This document shows positions 11,377-23,982 of a stretch of 64,000 nt of DNA, piece by piece; the stretch's first letter is position 1; each line of letters opens with the position of its first letter. Where the stretch lies: NCBI GenBank assembly GCA_964016885.1, contig OZ024743.1:91016001-91080000 (forward strand), given 5' to 3'. The DNA is from Eledone cirrhosa (lineage: Eukaryota). The notes beneath the pieces were generated by a model. The model saw nothing but the letters and a program-made list of their open reading frames with translations. It did no database searches and had not been told where the DNA came from. The position numbers and the translations under genes were made by a program.

Positions 11377-14190
11377 AATGCACCTCTCAATATAGACTCA
11401 TAATTAGCGACCTCATAGTCAGGACGAGACGTACTCGACAACAGAAGAGGACTATCCTCAGGAGAAAAATATGGAAGCTAAAGGACCCCACAGCCAGTAA
11501 TAAATTTAAAAGCATATTACTTCATGCTTTTGACAGTAAGGAAGAGCAATTAGAGTCGTACGATATAGAGGAACAGTGGGAATTCCTGAAAGGAAACTGC
11601 TGATGGTGGCAGATGAAGTCTGTGGCTGGAGCAGGCCTATAGGCAGGAGGAGAGTAACGTGGTGGTGGAACAGTAAGGTGGAGGAGTCAATTAAGGCCAA
11701 AAAGCAGGCTTGGAAAGTATGGCGGGATGGGGGAAGTAGAGAAGACTATCAACTGGCCGCGAGGGAAGCTAGGAGACAAGTGTACTTCGCAAGAAGGGAA
11801 GCAGAGGAAAGAAAGTTCAAGCATGTTCTACAACGCGAGGACCAAAAACATGAGGTGTTCAGGATTGCTAGGCAATGTGTCAAGGAAAACCGTGATATTG
11901 CCGGGGAGAAGTGTGTCCTTAATGATGATGGTCTACTTGCCATCACAGACGCTGATAAGAAGGTAGCTTGGAAGTGTTACTACGAAAGGCTACTAAATGA
12001 GGAGAATAAATGGGAGAAAGACAGTCTCCCCCACATCGATCCAATAGAGGGACCAGTAGTGTTAGTCGAAGGTAGTATAATAAGTAAGGCAATCAAAGAT
12101 ATGAAGACGGGTAAGGCGGCTGGGCCTTCGGAAATAGTTGCTGAAATGCTGAAAGCTTCTGGAACGGTGGAACACACTATGGTCACCCGGATAGTAAACC
12201 ATGTCATACAGAATGGGGTTGTTCCGAAGGACTGGCGTAGCAGCATCATCATTAACTGCTACAAGAGTAAAGGAGATGCCCTAGATAGGGGTAACTATAG
12301 AGGCATTAAATTAATCGACCAGGTCATGAAGGTCACAGAAAAAGTATGAAAAGATGAAATGCAGTTCGGGTTTGTGTCAGGTAAAAGTACCACAGACGCT
12401 CTTTTCATTGTACAACAACTACAGGAGAAGTACCTAGCTAAAGGTAAACCCCTATACTTAGCTTTTGTCGACTTGGAGAAAGCCTTTGACAGAGTCCCCT
12501 GTTCCATTATCTGGTAGAAAACTAGGTGTTGATGAATGGCTTGTGAGAGCTATACAAGCCATGTATAAAGAAACAGTCAGCAAGGTTAGAATTAACAACG
12601 AATATAGTGAAGAGTTTAGTGTAAAAATTGGTGTTCATCAGGGCTCCGTTCTTAGCCCCCTACTATTTATTATTGCCCTTCAGGCTATAACAGGAGTTCA
12701 AGACCGGCTGCCCATGGGAACTCCTATACGCAGATGATCTAACGCTCATAGCTGAATCAATGGCTGAACTAGAGAAGAAATTCCAAACATGGAAGCATGG
12801 CCTAGAATCAAAAGGCCTTAAAATTAACCTGTCTAAGACAGGTTAATTTTAAGTTTGTAGGAAGGAAAATAGGGCACTGGTCCCATCCGGGAAATGGCCA
12901 TGCTCAGTGTGTAGGAAAGGAGTAGACAGAAACTCCATTTTATGTCCCAAATGCAAAGTATGGGTGCATAAAAGATGTAGTGGGATCACAGGTAAGCTAA
13001 TTAAGAATATAGATTTTATATGTGGCCGGTGCTCTGGTGCAATAAGTAGCAGCAAGTTGCCACAGAATACTAGCTCATTCCATTGCACAGATGGTTCTAT
13101 AGAAATAGTGGACACCTTCCGTTACTTGGGTGACAAAATCAGCAGTGGTGGAGGGTGCTCTGAAAGTACAGTAGCCAGAGTCAGAAATGGATGGAAAAAG
13201 TCCAGAGAGCTTATACCACTATTAGTCGCTAAAGGGTTCTCTCTAAAAATGAAAGGCAGGCTGTATGATGCCTGCATACGAACAGCAATGTTACAAGGCA
13301 GTGAGACCTGGGCATTGTGTGCAGAGGATATACGCAGACTGGAGAGGAACGAAGCTTGCATGCTCCGCTGGATGTGTAATAGTAATATACGTGAATGGCA
13401 AAGCATAAACGAACTAAGGGAAAAATTAAAAATAAGAGGGATCAGATGTTGTTTACTCGAGAGAAGACTATGTTGGTACGGTCACGTGATGCGCATGAAA
13501 GACGACAGCTGTATAAAAAAGTGCAGGGTGATAAAAATAGACGGTAGCCACGGAGTAGGCAGACCCAGAAAAACCTGGGACGACTTGATAAATTCCGACC
13601 TCACACACTTACACCTCTCCAAGACAATGTCACTGGACCGAGATCTTTGGCGCTACACAGTCATACAGAAGACCCGCCTTGCCTAAGTACAAAGCGAAAC
13701 CTACAGCCAGTAGGTACTTCTAACAAAATACACCCTCGTCCCACTACCCCCACCCCCTTAAATGTGAAGTTATGTTGCTACCACAACATCCAGTCCAAAA
13801 CAAATAAGGTCGTGTAGGTGTCACGACAAAAAAACACACAGTCCACGCTGTAATGTGACCGTGTAGGTAATACGGTAAAAACCTCCCAGTCCACACTGTA
13901 AACGTGGTTGGTGTTGGGAAGGGCACCCAGCTGTAGAAAACCCGCCAGACGTGTAGGTATCACGACAAAAAAACACACAGTCCACGCTGTAATGTGACCA
14001 TGTAGGTAACACAGTAAAAACCTCCCAGTCCACACTGTAAACGTGGTTGGTGTTAGGAAGGGCATCCAGCCGTAGAAAACCCACCAGACAGTCCTATACG
14101 AGCAGGACAACAAATCTTGCCTCAAGTGGGAAAACTCCCATCCAAACCCATGCAAGCGTGGAAGATGGACGTTAAACGATGATGATGATG
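11375..14190 (+). mobile_element. RTE-clade LINE, 5'-truncated and frameshifted, with duplicated 3' UTR block
   Basis: TWWWN, GKAAGP, NYRGIKL, FVDLEKAFD, YADD, GRPRKTW; (GAT)n tail; ~120 bp internal duplication at 13810-14080. Confidence 0.93.
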
Positions 14191-14367
14191 TATGAGCTAA
14201 GAGTGGGGTAGTGATTAGTGGGCTGCGTCACCGTGGGAGAATATAACTGCGATATCAACTCTTTGCATCCATTGTATATTTTTTCATGTGCTTTTGTTAT
14301 CAACTTCTCAATTTTATAATATATATATACATTATATATGTATATATATAATACATATATATATATA

Positions 14368-14760
14368 GTGAAGGCTTAGTGGTTAGAGCATTGGGCTTGC
14401 AATCGAAAGGTTGTGAGTTCAATTCTCGGACCGGGTGATATGTTGCTTCCTTGAGCAAGACACTTTATTTCACGTTGCTCCAGTTTACTCAGCTGAAAAT
14501 GAGTACCAGCAATAGCTGGAGGTTTAACCCTGCGATGGACTGGAGTCCTGTCCAGGGGGGAGTTTTGTGCTCTCGGTCTCTTCACGCCATGAAGCCGGGA
14601 TAAGCACCGGCCAAATGAGCCTTCTGGCTTAAGACAGACTTTAGAATTACGGCCTGCCCGCCCAGCCAGTTGGATGGCGTGATCATATGGCTAAACCAGC
14701 AATGTGCTGTAACCAGCGGCGCTGAAAGGCGCCGCCCGACAGACTGGTCGGTCAAGGTGA
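14368..14760 (+). mobile_element. tRNA-derived SINE with CORE/V-like body
   Basis: ggcttagtggttag A box, gagttcaattc B box, ccttgagcaagacactt, gcgatggactggagtcctgtccagggg. Confidence 0.7.
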
Positions 14761-14775
14761 TATACACATTATATC

Positions 14776-15590
14776 GTCATCATCATCATCACCGTTTTAC
14801 GTCCGTTCTTCCATGCTAGCATGGGTTAGATGGGTTGTCCTGTTGTGGGCAGTGTCTGGTCGGCTGACCATGCCTTGCTCATACAGGAACTGATTTTGGC
14901 TTGATTTCTACAGCTGGATGCCCTTCCTAACACCAACCTCATTTACAGTGAGTGCTGGGTGCTTTTTCCATGGCGCCTACACATCCACTTTACAGTGCGG
15001 GCTGGGTGCATTTTTGCCGTGGCACCTCCACGACCACCTTGCAGTGGGAGGGTGTGGGGGCATATTGTCTATATGCTTCAGCTTGTACCCATGGGAGGTC
15101 GGGTATTCTGTATTACTGCATGACACCAGAGGTCACGCCTTTGAGAGGTGTAATTGGGTAAGGTCGGCTTTTATCACCTCATCCCAGGTCTTCTTGGGTC
15201 TCCCCACTCCGCGGTTTCTATTGACTTCTAGTGCTCTGCACCTTTTTATGCAGCTGTCATCCTTCATATGCATCACATGTCCATACCAACGCAACCGCCT
15301 CTCCTGCACACAGCATTTGATTCCTCTTATGCTCAGTCTTTCTCTCAATCCATTTATGCTTTGTCGTTCGCATATATTACTATTACACATCCATCTGAGC
15401 ATGCAGGCTTCATTTCTTTCTAATCTACGCAAGTCTTCCACCCCCAGCGCCCAGTTCTCACTACCATGTAACATTGCTGTTCGGATACACACATCATACA
15501 GTCTGCCTTTCATTTTGAGGGAGAAGCCTTTTGCAGCTAGCAGTGGCAGTAGTTACCTGAACTTCTTCCATCCTGTTCTTACTCTGGTTC
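14776..15590 (-). mobile_element. RTE LINE 3' fragment
   Basis: MKGRLYDVCIRTAMLHGSENW...GRPKKTW plus 3' UTR and (GAT)n. Confidence 0.9.
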
Positions 15591-16442
15591 CTCTATTGGA
15601 TCGATGTTGGGCAAACTATCGTTGTGGAGCAGACTATCATTGTCCCATTTATTCTCCTCATTATATATATACACATATATACATATACACGATATATCAT
15701 CATTATCTTTGTTTAACGTCCATTTTCCATGCTAGCATGGGTTAGACACATATATATATACATATACAGTATTTACGTATCGAGAAAGAGAAAAAAGGGG
15801 AGGATAGGTGATACATATAGTTATTTGCCAAGTAGCGTATGCCAAAGGTGCTCGATACTAGTGCCGGCAGTATTAAATATTCGAAGTGTTAATATTTAGT
15901 GGGCTAGAGAGTTAGCAGAGCGTAAGCACGTGGGAAATTAAAAAATCGGAGAATAGACCGTTAAAACATGTTTATTTAAAACAGCACCTACGTACGTTTC
16001 CCCCAGTTGGGCTTCTCAAGGGCATAAATAATGAAAAGTGTTCCTTATATTGCTCGGAAAGAGTTTTTGGGGTTAAATCCACATCAAGGTTCATTGCTCG
16101 CAAAAATAGCTTGTGTTGATTTTGCAGCAGGTCAAGGGAGGTAACTCCGGCCGGTGTTAGGGCAGTCTTTCCCGGACAATTTTTTTTTTTTTTTTTTTTT
16201 TTTTGCCGCATCTGTTTGTCTGAGGCTGGGTCTGGTATGCAAGGATTGTTTCCTGAGTGTTATTTTGCAGCGCCTGCCCGCCGGGGTGTTAAGACTTGTT
16301 GCAGGGAGATCCGGTGTACGGTTTCACTCCTCATCCTTAACCCATCTGAAGAAGGATATTTTTAAGCGATGTGTACAACTTATCGCTGTTTCAGCTCTGC
16401 TGTTGATGAGCTCGTGGGGGTGCAGTTATGATGTGGTAGATA

Positions 16443-16483
<41 letters not shown>

Positions 16484-16661
16484 GTAGGAGGTGAGTTTTA
16501 TTGTAGTACAATAAAGCAATGCAGATATCGGATAAGTAGCACTCTACAGTTTGTAGGACTGGAGTATAAATAATATAAGATCAAAAGATGGTTAAAAGAG
16601 TTCCATGTAGTGAGGTTTTCACTATTCACAAGTGTTTTTTAACCTTCATATCATGTATCCC

Positions 16662-16732
16662 TATTTTATCTGACGAAAACGCAAATGTCATCTCATGATG
16701 ATATTTGTTTTTGAAATGCGCATAATAAAATA
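16662..16732 (+). ncRNA. Type I hammerhead ribozyme in a (TA)n-flanked fold-back element (~16486-16770)
   Basis: tattttat-CTGACGA-aaacgcaaatgtcatc/gatgatatttgttttt-GAAA-tgcgca-TA-ataaaata; palindromic stem III. Confidence 0.82.
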
Positions 16733-16800
16733 CATGGCACTCTTTTAACCATCTTTTGATCTTATATTATATATATATATATATACACGATATATATATA

Positions 16801-18468
16801 TATTTCAGCAACTATCTGCGAATGCCCAGCTACCTTGCCTCTCTTCATATCTTTGATTGCCTTACTTATTATACTAACTTCAATTTGCACTGCTGGTTCC
16901 TCTATTGGATCGATGTGGGGCAGACTATCGTTGTCCCATTTATTCTCCTCATTTAGTAGCCTCTCGTAGTGACACTTCCAAGCTACCTTCTTATCAGCGT
17001 CAGTGATGGCAAGTACACCATCATCATTACGGACACACTCCTCCCCGACAATATCACGGTTTTCCTTGACACATTGCCTAGCAATCCTGAACACCTCACG
17101 TTTTTGGTCCTCGCATTGTAGAACATGCTTGAACTTTCTTTCCTCTGCTTACCTTCTTGCAAAGTACACTTGTCTCCTAGCTTCCCTCATGGCCAGTTGA
17201 TAGTGTTCTCTACTTCCCCCATCCCGCCATACTTTCCAAGCCTGCTTTTTGGCCTTGATTGACTCCTCCACCTTACTGTTCCACCACCAAGTTACTCTCC
17301 TCCTGCCTATAGATTTCCTCCAGCCACAGATTTCATCTGTCGCCTTCAGCAGGTTAACTTTCAGGTATTCCCACTGTTCCTCTATATCGTACGTCTCTAA
17401 TTGCTCTTCCTTGTTGTCAAAAGCATCAAGTAATATGCTGAAACCATCTGGAACGGTGGGACACACTATGGTCACCCGGATAGTAAACAAAGTCATACAG
17501 AACGGAGTCATACCAAATGACTGGCGTAGCAGCATCATCATTAACTGCTACAAGGGTAAAGGAGATGCACTAGCTAGGGGAAACTATAGAGGCATTAAAT
17601 TAATTGACCAGGTCATGAAGGTCACAGAAAAAGTTATAGCGCAACTAATCAGAGAGCAAATTGATCTAGACGAAATGCAGTTTGGGTTTGTGTCAGTTAA
17701 AAGTACCCCAGACGCTCTTTTCTTTGTACGACAACTACAGAAGAAGTACCTAGCTAAAAGTAAACCCCTATACTTAGCTTTTGTTGACTTGGAGAAAGCC
17801 TTTGACAAAGTCTCCCGCGCCATTATCTGGTGGGTTCTTAGAAAACTAAGTGTTGATGAATGGCTTGTGAGAGCTATACAAGCCATGTATAAAGAAACAG
17901 TCAGCAAAGTTAGAATTAACAACGAATATAGTGAAGAATTTAGCGTAAAAGTTGGTGTTCATCAGGGCTCTGTCCTTAGCCCCCTATTTATTATTGCCCT
18001 TCAGGCTATAACAGAGGAGTTCAAGACCGGCTGCCCATGGGAACTTTTCTATGCAGATGATCTAAGAAATTCCAAACATGGAAGCATGGCCTAGAATCAA
18101 AAGGCCTTAAAGTTAACTTGTCTAAGACTAAAGTTCTAGTTTGTAGGAAGGAAAATAGAGCACAGGTCCCCTCTGGGAAATGGCTATGCTCAGTGTGTAG
18201 GAAAGGAGTAGGCAGAAATTCCATTTTATGTCCCAAATGCAAAGTATGGGTGCATAAAAGATGTAGTGGATTCACAGGTAAGCTATCTAAGAGCGTAGAT
18301 TTTATATGTGGCCGGTGCTCAGGTGCAATAAGCAGCAAGTGCCCACAGGATACTAGCTCCTTCTATTGCCCAGATGGTTCTATAGAAATAGTGAACACCT
18401 TCTGTTACCTGGGTTACAAAATCAGCAGTGGTGGAGGGTGCTCAGAAAGTACAGTAGCCAGAGTCAGT
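16801..18468. mobile_element. RTE LINE with inverted 5' segment (16801-17432 minus; 17433-18468 plus)
   Basis: Minus piece ends ...IVAE and plus piece starts MLK...; these are contiguous in the copy at 11576-12349. Confidence 0.88.
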
Positions 18469-18870
18469 GTGCTTATAGAAGCTCCCATGGGCAGCCAGTC
18501 TTGAACTCCTCTGTTATAGCCTGATGCATCTATATATATATATCTGGATGCCGTAGAACATGCCAATGGTAGCCGGGCGCCAGCTAGTATATATATATAT
18601 ATGTGTATAAGTGTATATATATAGATATATAAAATGATATAATGTATATGTGTATATTTATCCAGTTGATGGATGTGAAAACCGAAATATAGGGACAATT
18701 AAATCACTTCCAAGGTAACTATCTCGTGTTATTATTTTTATACTCTTTTCTATGTTCCTCTACACCCTATACGTCTCATTCTACATTTCCTCTTACATCT
18801 CTCTCATTACCACCTGATTCTCTTACCCAGAGATTTACCCATCTGCATTGTTGAGGCTTCCAAAACGACC

Positions 18871-18931
<61 letters not shown>

Positions 18932-19035
18932 TATTGAAGTTTCCGTTGAAAATTGAAAAAGTCATAGGAGTAAAGAGTGCTCTATGTAAGTTACAGAGCT
19001 AAATTTAATGTATAATAAACAAAACAATATAATTA

Positions 19036-19103
19036 CCTCATTACCAGAGGTTTCCCGAATAAGACGAATGCAAGAAACGTCCTCATTCGTTCGTCAGACA
19101 AGG
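19036..19103 (-). ncRNA. Type I hammerhead ribozyme (element ~19005-19330; second copy at 61165-61510)
   Basis: Reverse complement ccttgt-CTGACGA-acgaatgag...cttattcgg-GAAA-cctctgg-TA-atgagg. Confidence 0.75.
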
Positions 19104-19904
19104 CAATTTAAAACAGTGAAATATTTGAAAAATCTCTTCAAGAAAGGCAAACGTTTAACGGGCAAAAAAAATATATAAATAAAAGTAATGCAAGAGATAT
19201 ATAAAAATAAAGTAAGGGTATGTGTATATGCACCTACAAATGTACATTTGTGTGTATGTACAAATGCATGTGTATAGTGAAAAAATGTGTGCGTAAGTAC
19301 ATACATGAGGGCAAGCATATCAGTGTATGTGTGACCACAAATACACATATAATATATGTTGAAAAAAGAAATTGTAAGATAATAGAGTTAGCGTACATAC
19401 AGACTCAGGGACTAAGGATTGAAATATATACACATACAAGGATGAAAGGACGCACGCGTATAAACATACACACGCGCAACCACATACATGTATGTGATAT
19501 ATACAGGGAAGGGAGTGTATCAGTCAAAGCAGTGTCAGACTGAAGGTCGATACAGATATAAAAATATAAAATATGGAAATGAAATAATATATAAGAATAA
19601 AAATTAAATCAAAGAGAAAGTAAGAGAGAGGGGTTATCAATTATAAAGTAACACTAGAAAAAATAAAAGGTAGAAAACATACAGAGGTTCGTACGCACAT
19701 ATATATATATATATATACGTACAGACAAAAACACATACATACAAAAGCACGCATACAGGACAACCCGTCTAACCCATGCTAACGTGGAAGAACGGAGGTA
19801 AAACGGTGATGATGATGATATATATATATAAATACCCACTATATATATATACATATACACTATATATATATATATATATATAATATATATACATATACAC
19901 TATA

Positions 19905-20272
19905 TCATCATCATCATCACCGTTTTACGTCCGTTCTTCCACGCTAGCATGGGTTAGACGGGTTGTCCTGTTGTGGGCAGTGTCTGGTCGGCTGACCATG
20001 CCTTGCTCATACAGGAACTGATCTGGCTTGATTTCTACAGCTGGATGCCCTTCCTAACACCAACCTCATTTACAGTGAGTGCTGGGTGCTTTTTCGTGGC
20101 GCCTACACGTCCACTTTACAGTGTGGGCTGGGTGCTTTTTTGCCGTGGCACCTCCACGACCACCTTGCGGTGGGGGGAGTGGGGGCATATTGTTTATATG
20201 CTTCAGCATGTACCCATGGGAGGTCGGGTACCCTGTATTACTGCGTGACGCCAGAAGTCACGGTCGTGTGTC
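19905..20272 (-). mobile_element. RTE 3' UTR fragment
   Basis: Near-identical to the reverse complement of 9790-10170. Confidence 0.85.
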
Positions 20273-21464
20273 ATATATATATATATATAATATATACACA
20301 TATACATTATATTATACATATTTATATATATATATACATATATATAAACATCCAAAATATATATATACATATATATAGAGAGAGAGAGTGGGGGGGGGGG
20401 GTAAAAATTTAACAGTCTGCATGTCGAGAGCCATACTTGAGAGTATATTATGACGAAATAGTTTTATATAAAGTTCACTGTGTTTATGTAGTTATAGGTG
20501 GAAGATATGAGAGGTATTTAAAGTAAGAAAATACAGAAAGATAGATGTAAAAATCACTACTGAAGCACATAGTGGCGAAGTCTATGCATCGTTTAAGAGG
20601 GTTAATAACCCTGAGTTGTCTCCCGTACTTGCCGAACGCCGCAAAAGAATATTTATAGACAATTGTTGAGATTGTTGTGTTTGTTTCTCGCCGTGTAATT
20701 TTATCTGGTTAACATGTTTAATGTTCTTGTCATTAAATATGTTAACATTCACCCAGCTAAGGTAAAAGACAGTTACTTAGTGGGCCGTTTAGTGAGATCG
20801 AACCCGTGATTGCGAGCGGACTTCTTAACCATTCTACAAAGCTTTCCCTCAATCGTAATAAGAAAACAAACTTGTGAAATCACCACATAATGAATAGACA
20901 AAACTTTAATTAAAATTAAATGAAAAGAACTCGAATACATATATACATACAAATAACTCAAAACATACAGATCTACAAAGAGAGAGAGTGAGAGAGTGTG
21001 TGATAATTAGCTAGCTCATGTCTAAATTCCAATGAAAAGAATCTTGTTACTGTGTAAAAACTCGGCTTTCTCTCTCTCTCTATTGGTGAGAAATTAAAAT
21101 AATAATAATTTCTTTAATAATTCTTTCTTTAATAGCTACAATAACACCAGAACACACGTACAGAATTTTCTTTACGTTCCAGCAATCATGTGTCTTGTCA
21201 AATAGAATACTGAAACTGTAATGCGAGAGAACACATCTCTCTTTCTCTCTCTCTCATATATATATAACCTGTTAGTTCTATCGTTACTTTTGTATATTAT
21301 TGTGTGTTAGATTTTGCCTACCACAATGTCCGATTTGTCAAGCTATTTAAACGTATGTTATTACTCGAAGGACCTACCTTATCGAGTGCTTTGCTAACTC
21401 ACCATTTCATATAAGTAGGCCGAATTTGCTTGCAAACCGCCAGATTCGATTTTACTAAATTTCC

Positions 21465-21522
<58 letters not shown>

Positions 21523-21763
21523 GTATATGATTGACGGACGCGAGAAAAGAGTACTCAATACAGAAGTAGAGTTTTAATATTCATTTGTTTTCCTTAAGGC
21601 TAAATGATGTTCGCCTGTTTATCACAGGGTTATCAGACAAGAACACTTGTCTGATGACTCTGTGATAAACAGGCGGAACTCCAGAGTTACAAGACTCACG
21701 ATTTAGCCTTAATAAAATGAATATATATACATATATATACACACACAAAAAAATATTGCTTAC

Positions 21764-22162
21764 CTCGGTAATTACTGTATGCCGTGGGTTTGAATCTTCG
21801 TAGACGTATCCATGCATGCAACCGATTTTACTCAGATTTGAGTTAGCTAGCATCTCTTTGGAGCTTATATTATAGTCATGTTCGATGAGAAGCTGGTCAA
21901 CATCGTTAGGTATGTATTGCTTGCAGCTGTCTCCTGTATTACTGACCACAAGACTATAAGACCTCTGGCTAATATTTCTACCGAGTGAAGATGTGTCATT
22001 GCTTGGCGGAATGTTGCAGTAGAATTGCTGATCGGTCATTACAAACACCATACTAAACAGTACCCAGGACGATATCATAACTGGGAAACATATGAGAAGA
22101 AACTGCACCTTCTGATATCGCCCGAATTGTCCAAGTCTTTCTAATACGTCGTCAAAATGCAT
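21764..22162 (-). CDS. SLC22 / organic cation transporter-like MFS protein, coding exon 1
   Basis: MHFDDVLERLGQFGRYQK..., TM1 and a Cys-containing extracellular loop ending ...HTVITE, followed by a GTAAG donor at 21763; typical SLC22 N-terminus. Confidence 0.92.
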
Positions 22163-22835
22163 CTTCTGTTTTTTGTTCGTGTTTATCCTGTTAAAAATAT
22201 CACAAATATTTACATATATATCAATTATAGCACAAATTCGTTTTCAAGAGAGAAGAAAGTGAGAAGTTGTGGCAATCATGGGTTTTATAAGGATTTTCTT
22301 TTCAAAAGACTTTTTAAAAAACCATCAGAGTTTGTTTACATAATAGATATGAATAAATACACAAATTCCTTTTTTACGAGTGGGAAAAATGGAAACTTGT
22401 AGCATTCATACGTTTCATAAGGTTTTATATGTGCATCTTTATATGTGCATCTTACCACTGTTATGAAAAATATCCATATCCCTTGTTACGTGTAGCGAAA
22501 ATAGGAAGAAGTGATATTCATGCATATGCACAAAGGTATCGACATTTCTGGCTCATTGGTTATACTTAGCTTAAACTGAAACCTGATTGTGTGCTTAGTT
22601 ATGAGAAAACATCACCGCACTACAGCATAAGCTCGGATGATCAGAATAATTTTCGATTTGCAATAATCCTGCTAAGCTTTGTTTTGTCATTGTGCTCACA
22701 TCGCTATTTTTAGAATTTTCTTTCACGTTAAAAGCAAGGGAATTAACTATAGAGAAATTTGAGAGTTATCTTCCTTAGTGTGATAACGAAATTATAATAC
22801 ATATCTGTATGCAGCTATGCCTGAAGCTAAATCCT

Positions 22836-22910
<75 letters not shown>

Positions 22911-22913
<3 letters not shown>

Positions 22914-23679
22914 GCGAGGGTTTTTGAAACTTTTTCTTTTCAGGCACTTTTAATTGACCTACATAATTGTCACTCTAATATATCCTTGATATAGTTATAA
23001 TAAGCTAACATTCCAAATTTTTTTTCAGGTCACTACAGCGCATTAAACACTACCCCTCATACATGACCTGTCACAGCTGACAGGTTCCACAATGCAGTTG
23101 AGACATGATGAAGAATTGGGTGCTCGATATGCAATAAAGTTCTGTCAAGCTCGACAAAAACGCTGCAGCGATCTATAAAATGGTCAATACGGCTTACGGA
23201 CTAACTTTCATGAGCCGGGCGACTGGTTTTCGTTGGTACAAGAAGTTCCAAGGGGGCAGGGGGGAGGTGAGGTACGTCAAGTGGTGTGGGAGATCAGGGT
23301 GCCAAAGTTGGTCAACAAAATTCACAAATTTCTAGACGAGGACCCTCATGCAACTTTTGTGACAATTGCTAAACAATATGATGTGGCTGAGGGCACTGTG
23401 TACAGAATTATTCATGACGATCTGAGCATGGGCAAAGTTTGTGCTAAATTCGTTCCCAGGGTTCTCAATGAAGATCAAAGGCAGAGGTGCGTTGATGCCA
23501 CCAGTGAGATGGTAGAGTGGATCGCTTTGAATCCAAGTGTGTTTGAGTCTCTGGTAACCTGTGATGAGAGCTGGGTCTACTGTTATGATCCAGAGACCAA
23601 GAGACAGAGTGGCCAGTGGAAACATTGTGACTCTACAAGACCCAAGAAAGCCAGGCAAAGTAGGTCCACTAGAAAATTC

Positions 23680-23684
<5 letters not shown>
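22911..23684 (+). mobile_element. Truncated mariner transposon (pseudo-transposase)
   Basis: YAIKFC HTH, KVCAKFVPRVL, VTCDESWVYCYDPETKRQS (first catalytic D); breaks off at (TA)n(GA)n. Confidence 0.85.
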
Positions 23685-23746
<62 letters not shown>

Positions 23747-23982
23747 CTTTATTAGGCACAGGGGCACAAAAGAAGGGGACAAATACAAAGGGGGAAGTTT
23801 ACATACAATAAAAACGTGTAAAATGTTATCACAAATGGAATTTAAAAAGTTAGTCGATTTTCCCCAATAGAGGGAGACAGTTTATATGGGTAACACATAC
23901 CCCCGAAAAAAAATGTGCAACCCTCATCTCCAGGAGTACGAAGAGTTTGTACTCCTTTCCTCTCCTCCTTCTTTTCCTCAAC

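Noticed and set aside
14368-14445. tRNA gene
   Set aside because: A and B boxes run into a SINE body with no acceptor stem or terminator
21645-21700. cttgt-CTGATGA-ctctg...cagag hairpin near exon 1
   Set aside because: Lacks GAAA and stem III
21581-21763. C-terminal part of the 193 aa ORF
   Set aside because: Intron read-through past the GTAAG donor at 21763
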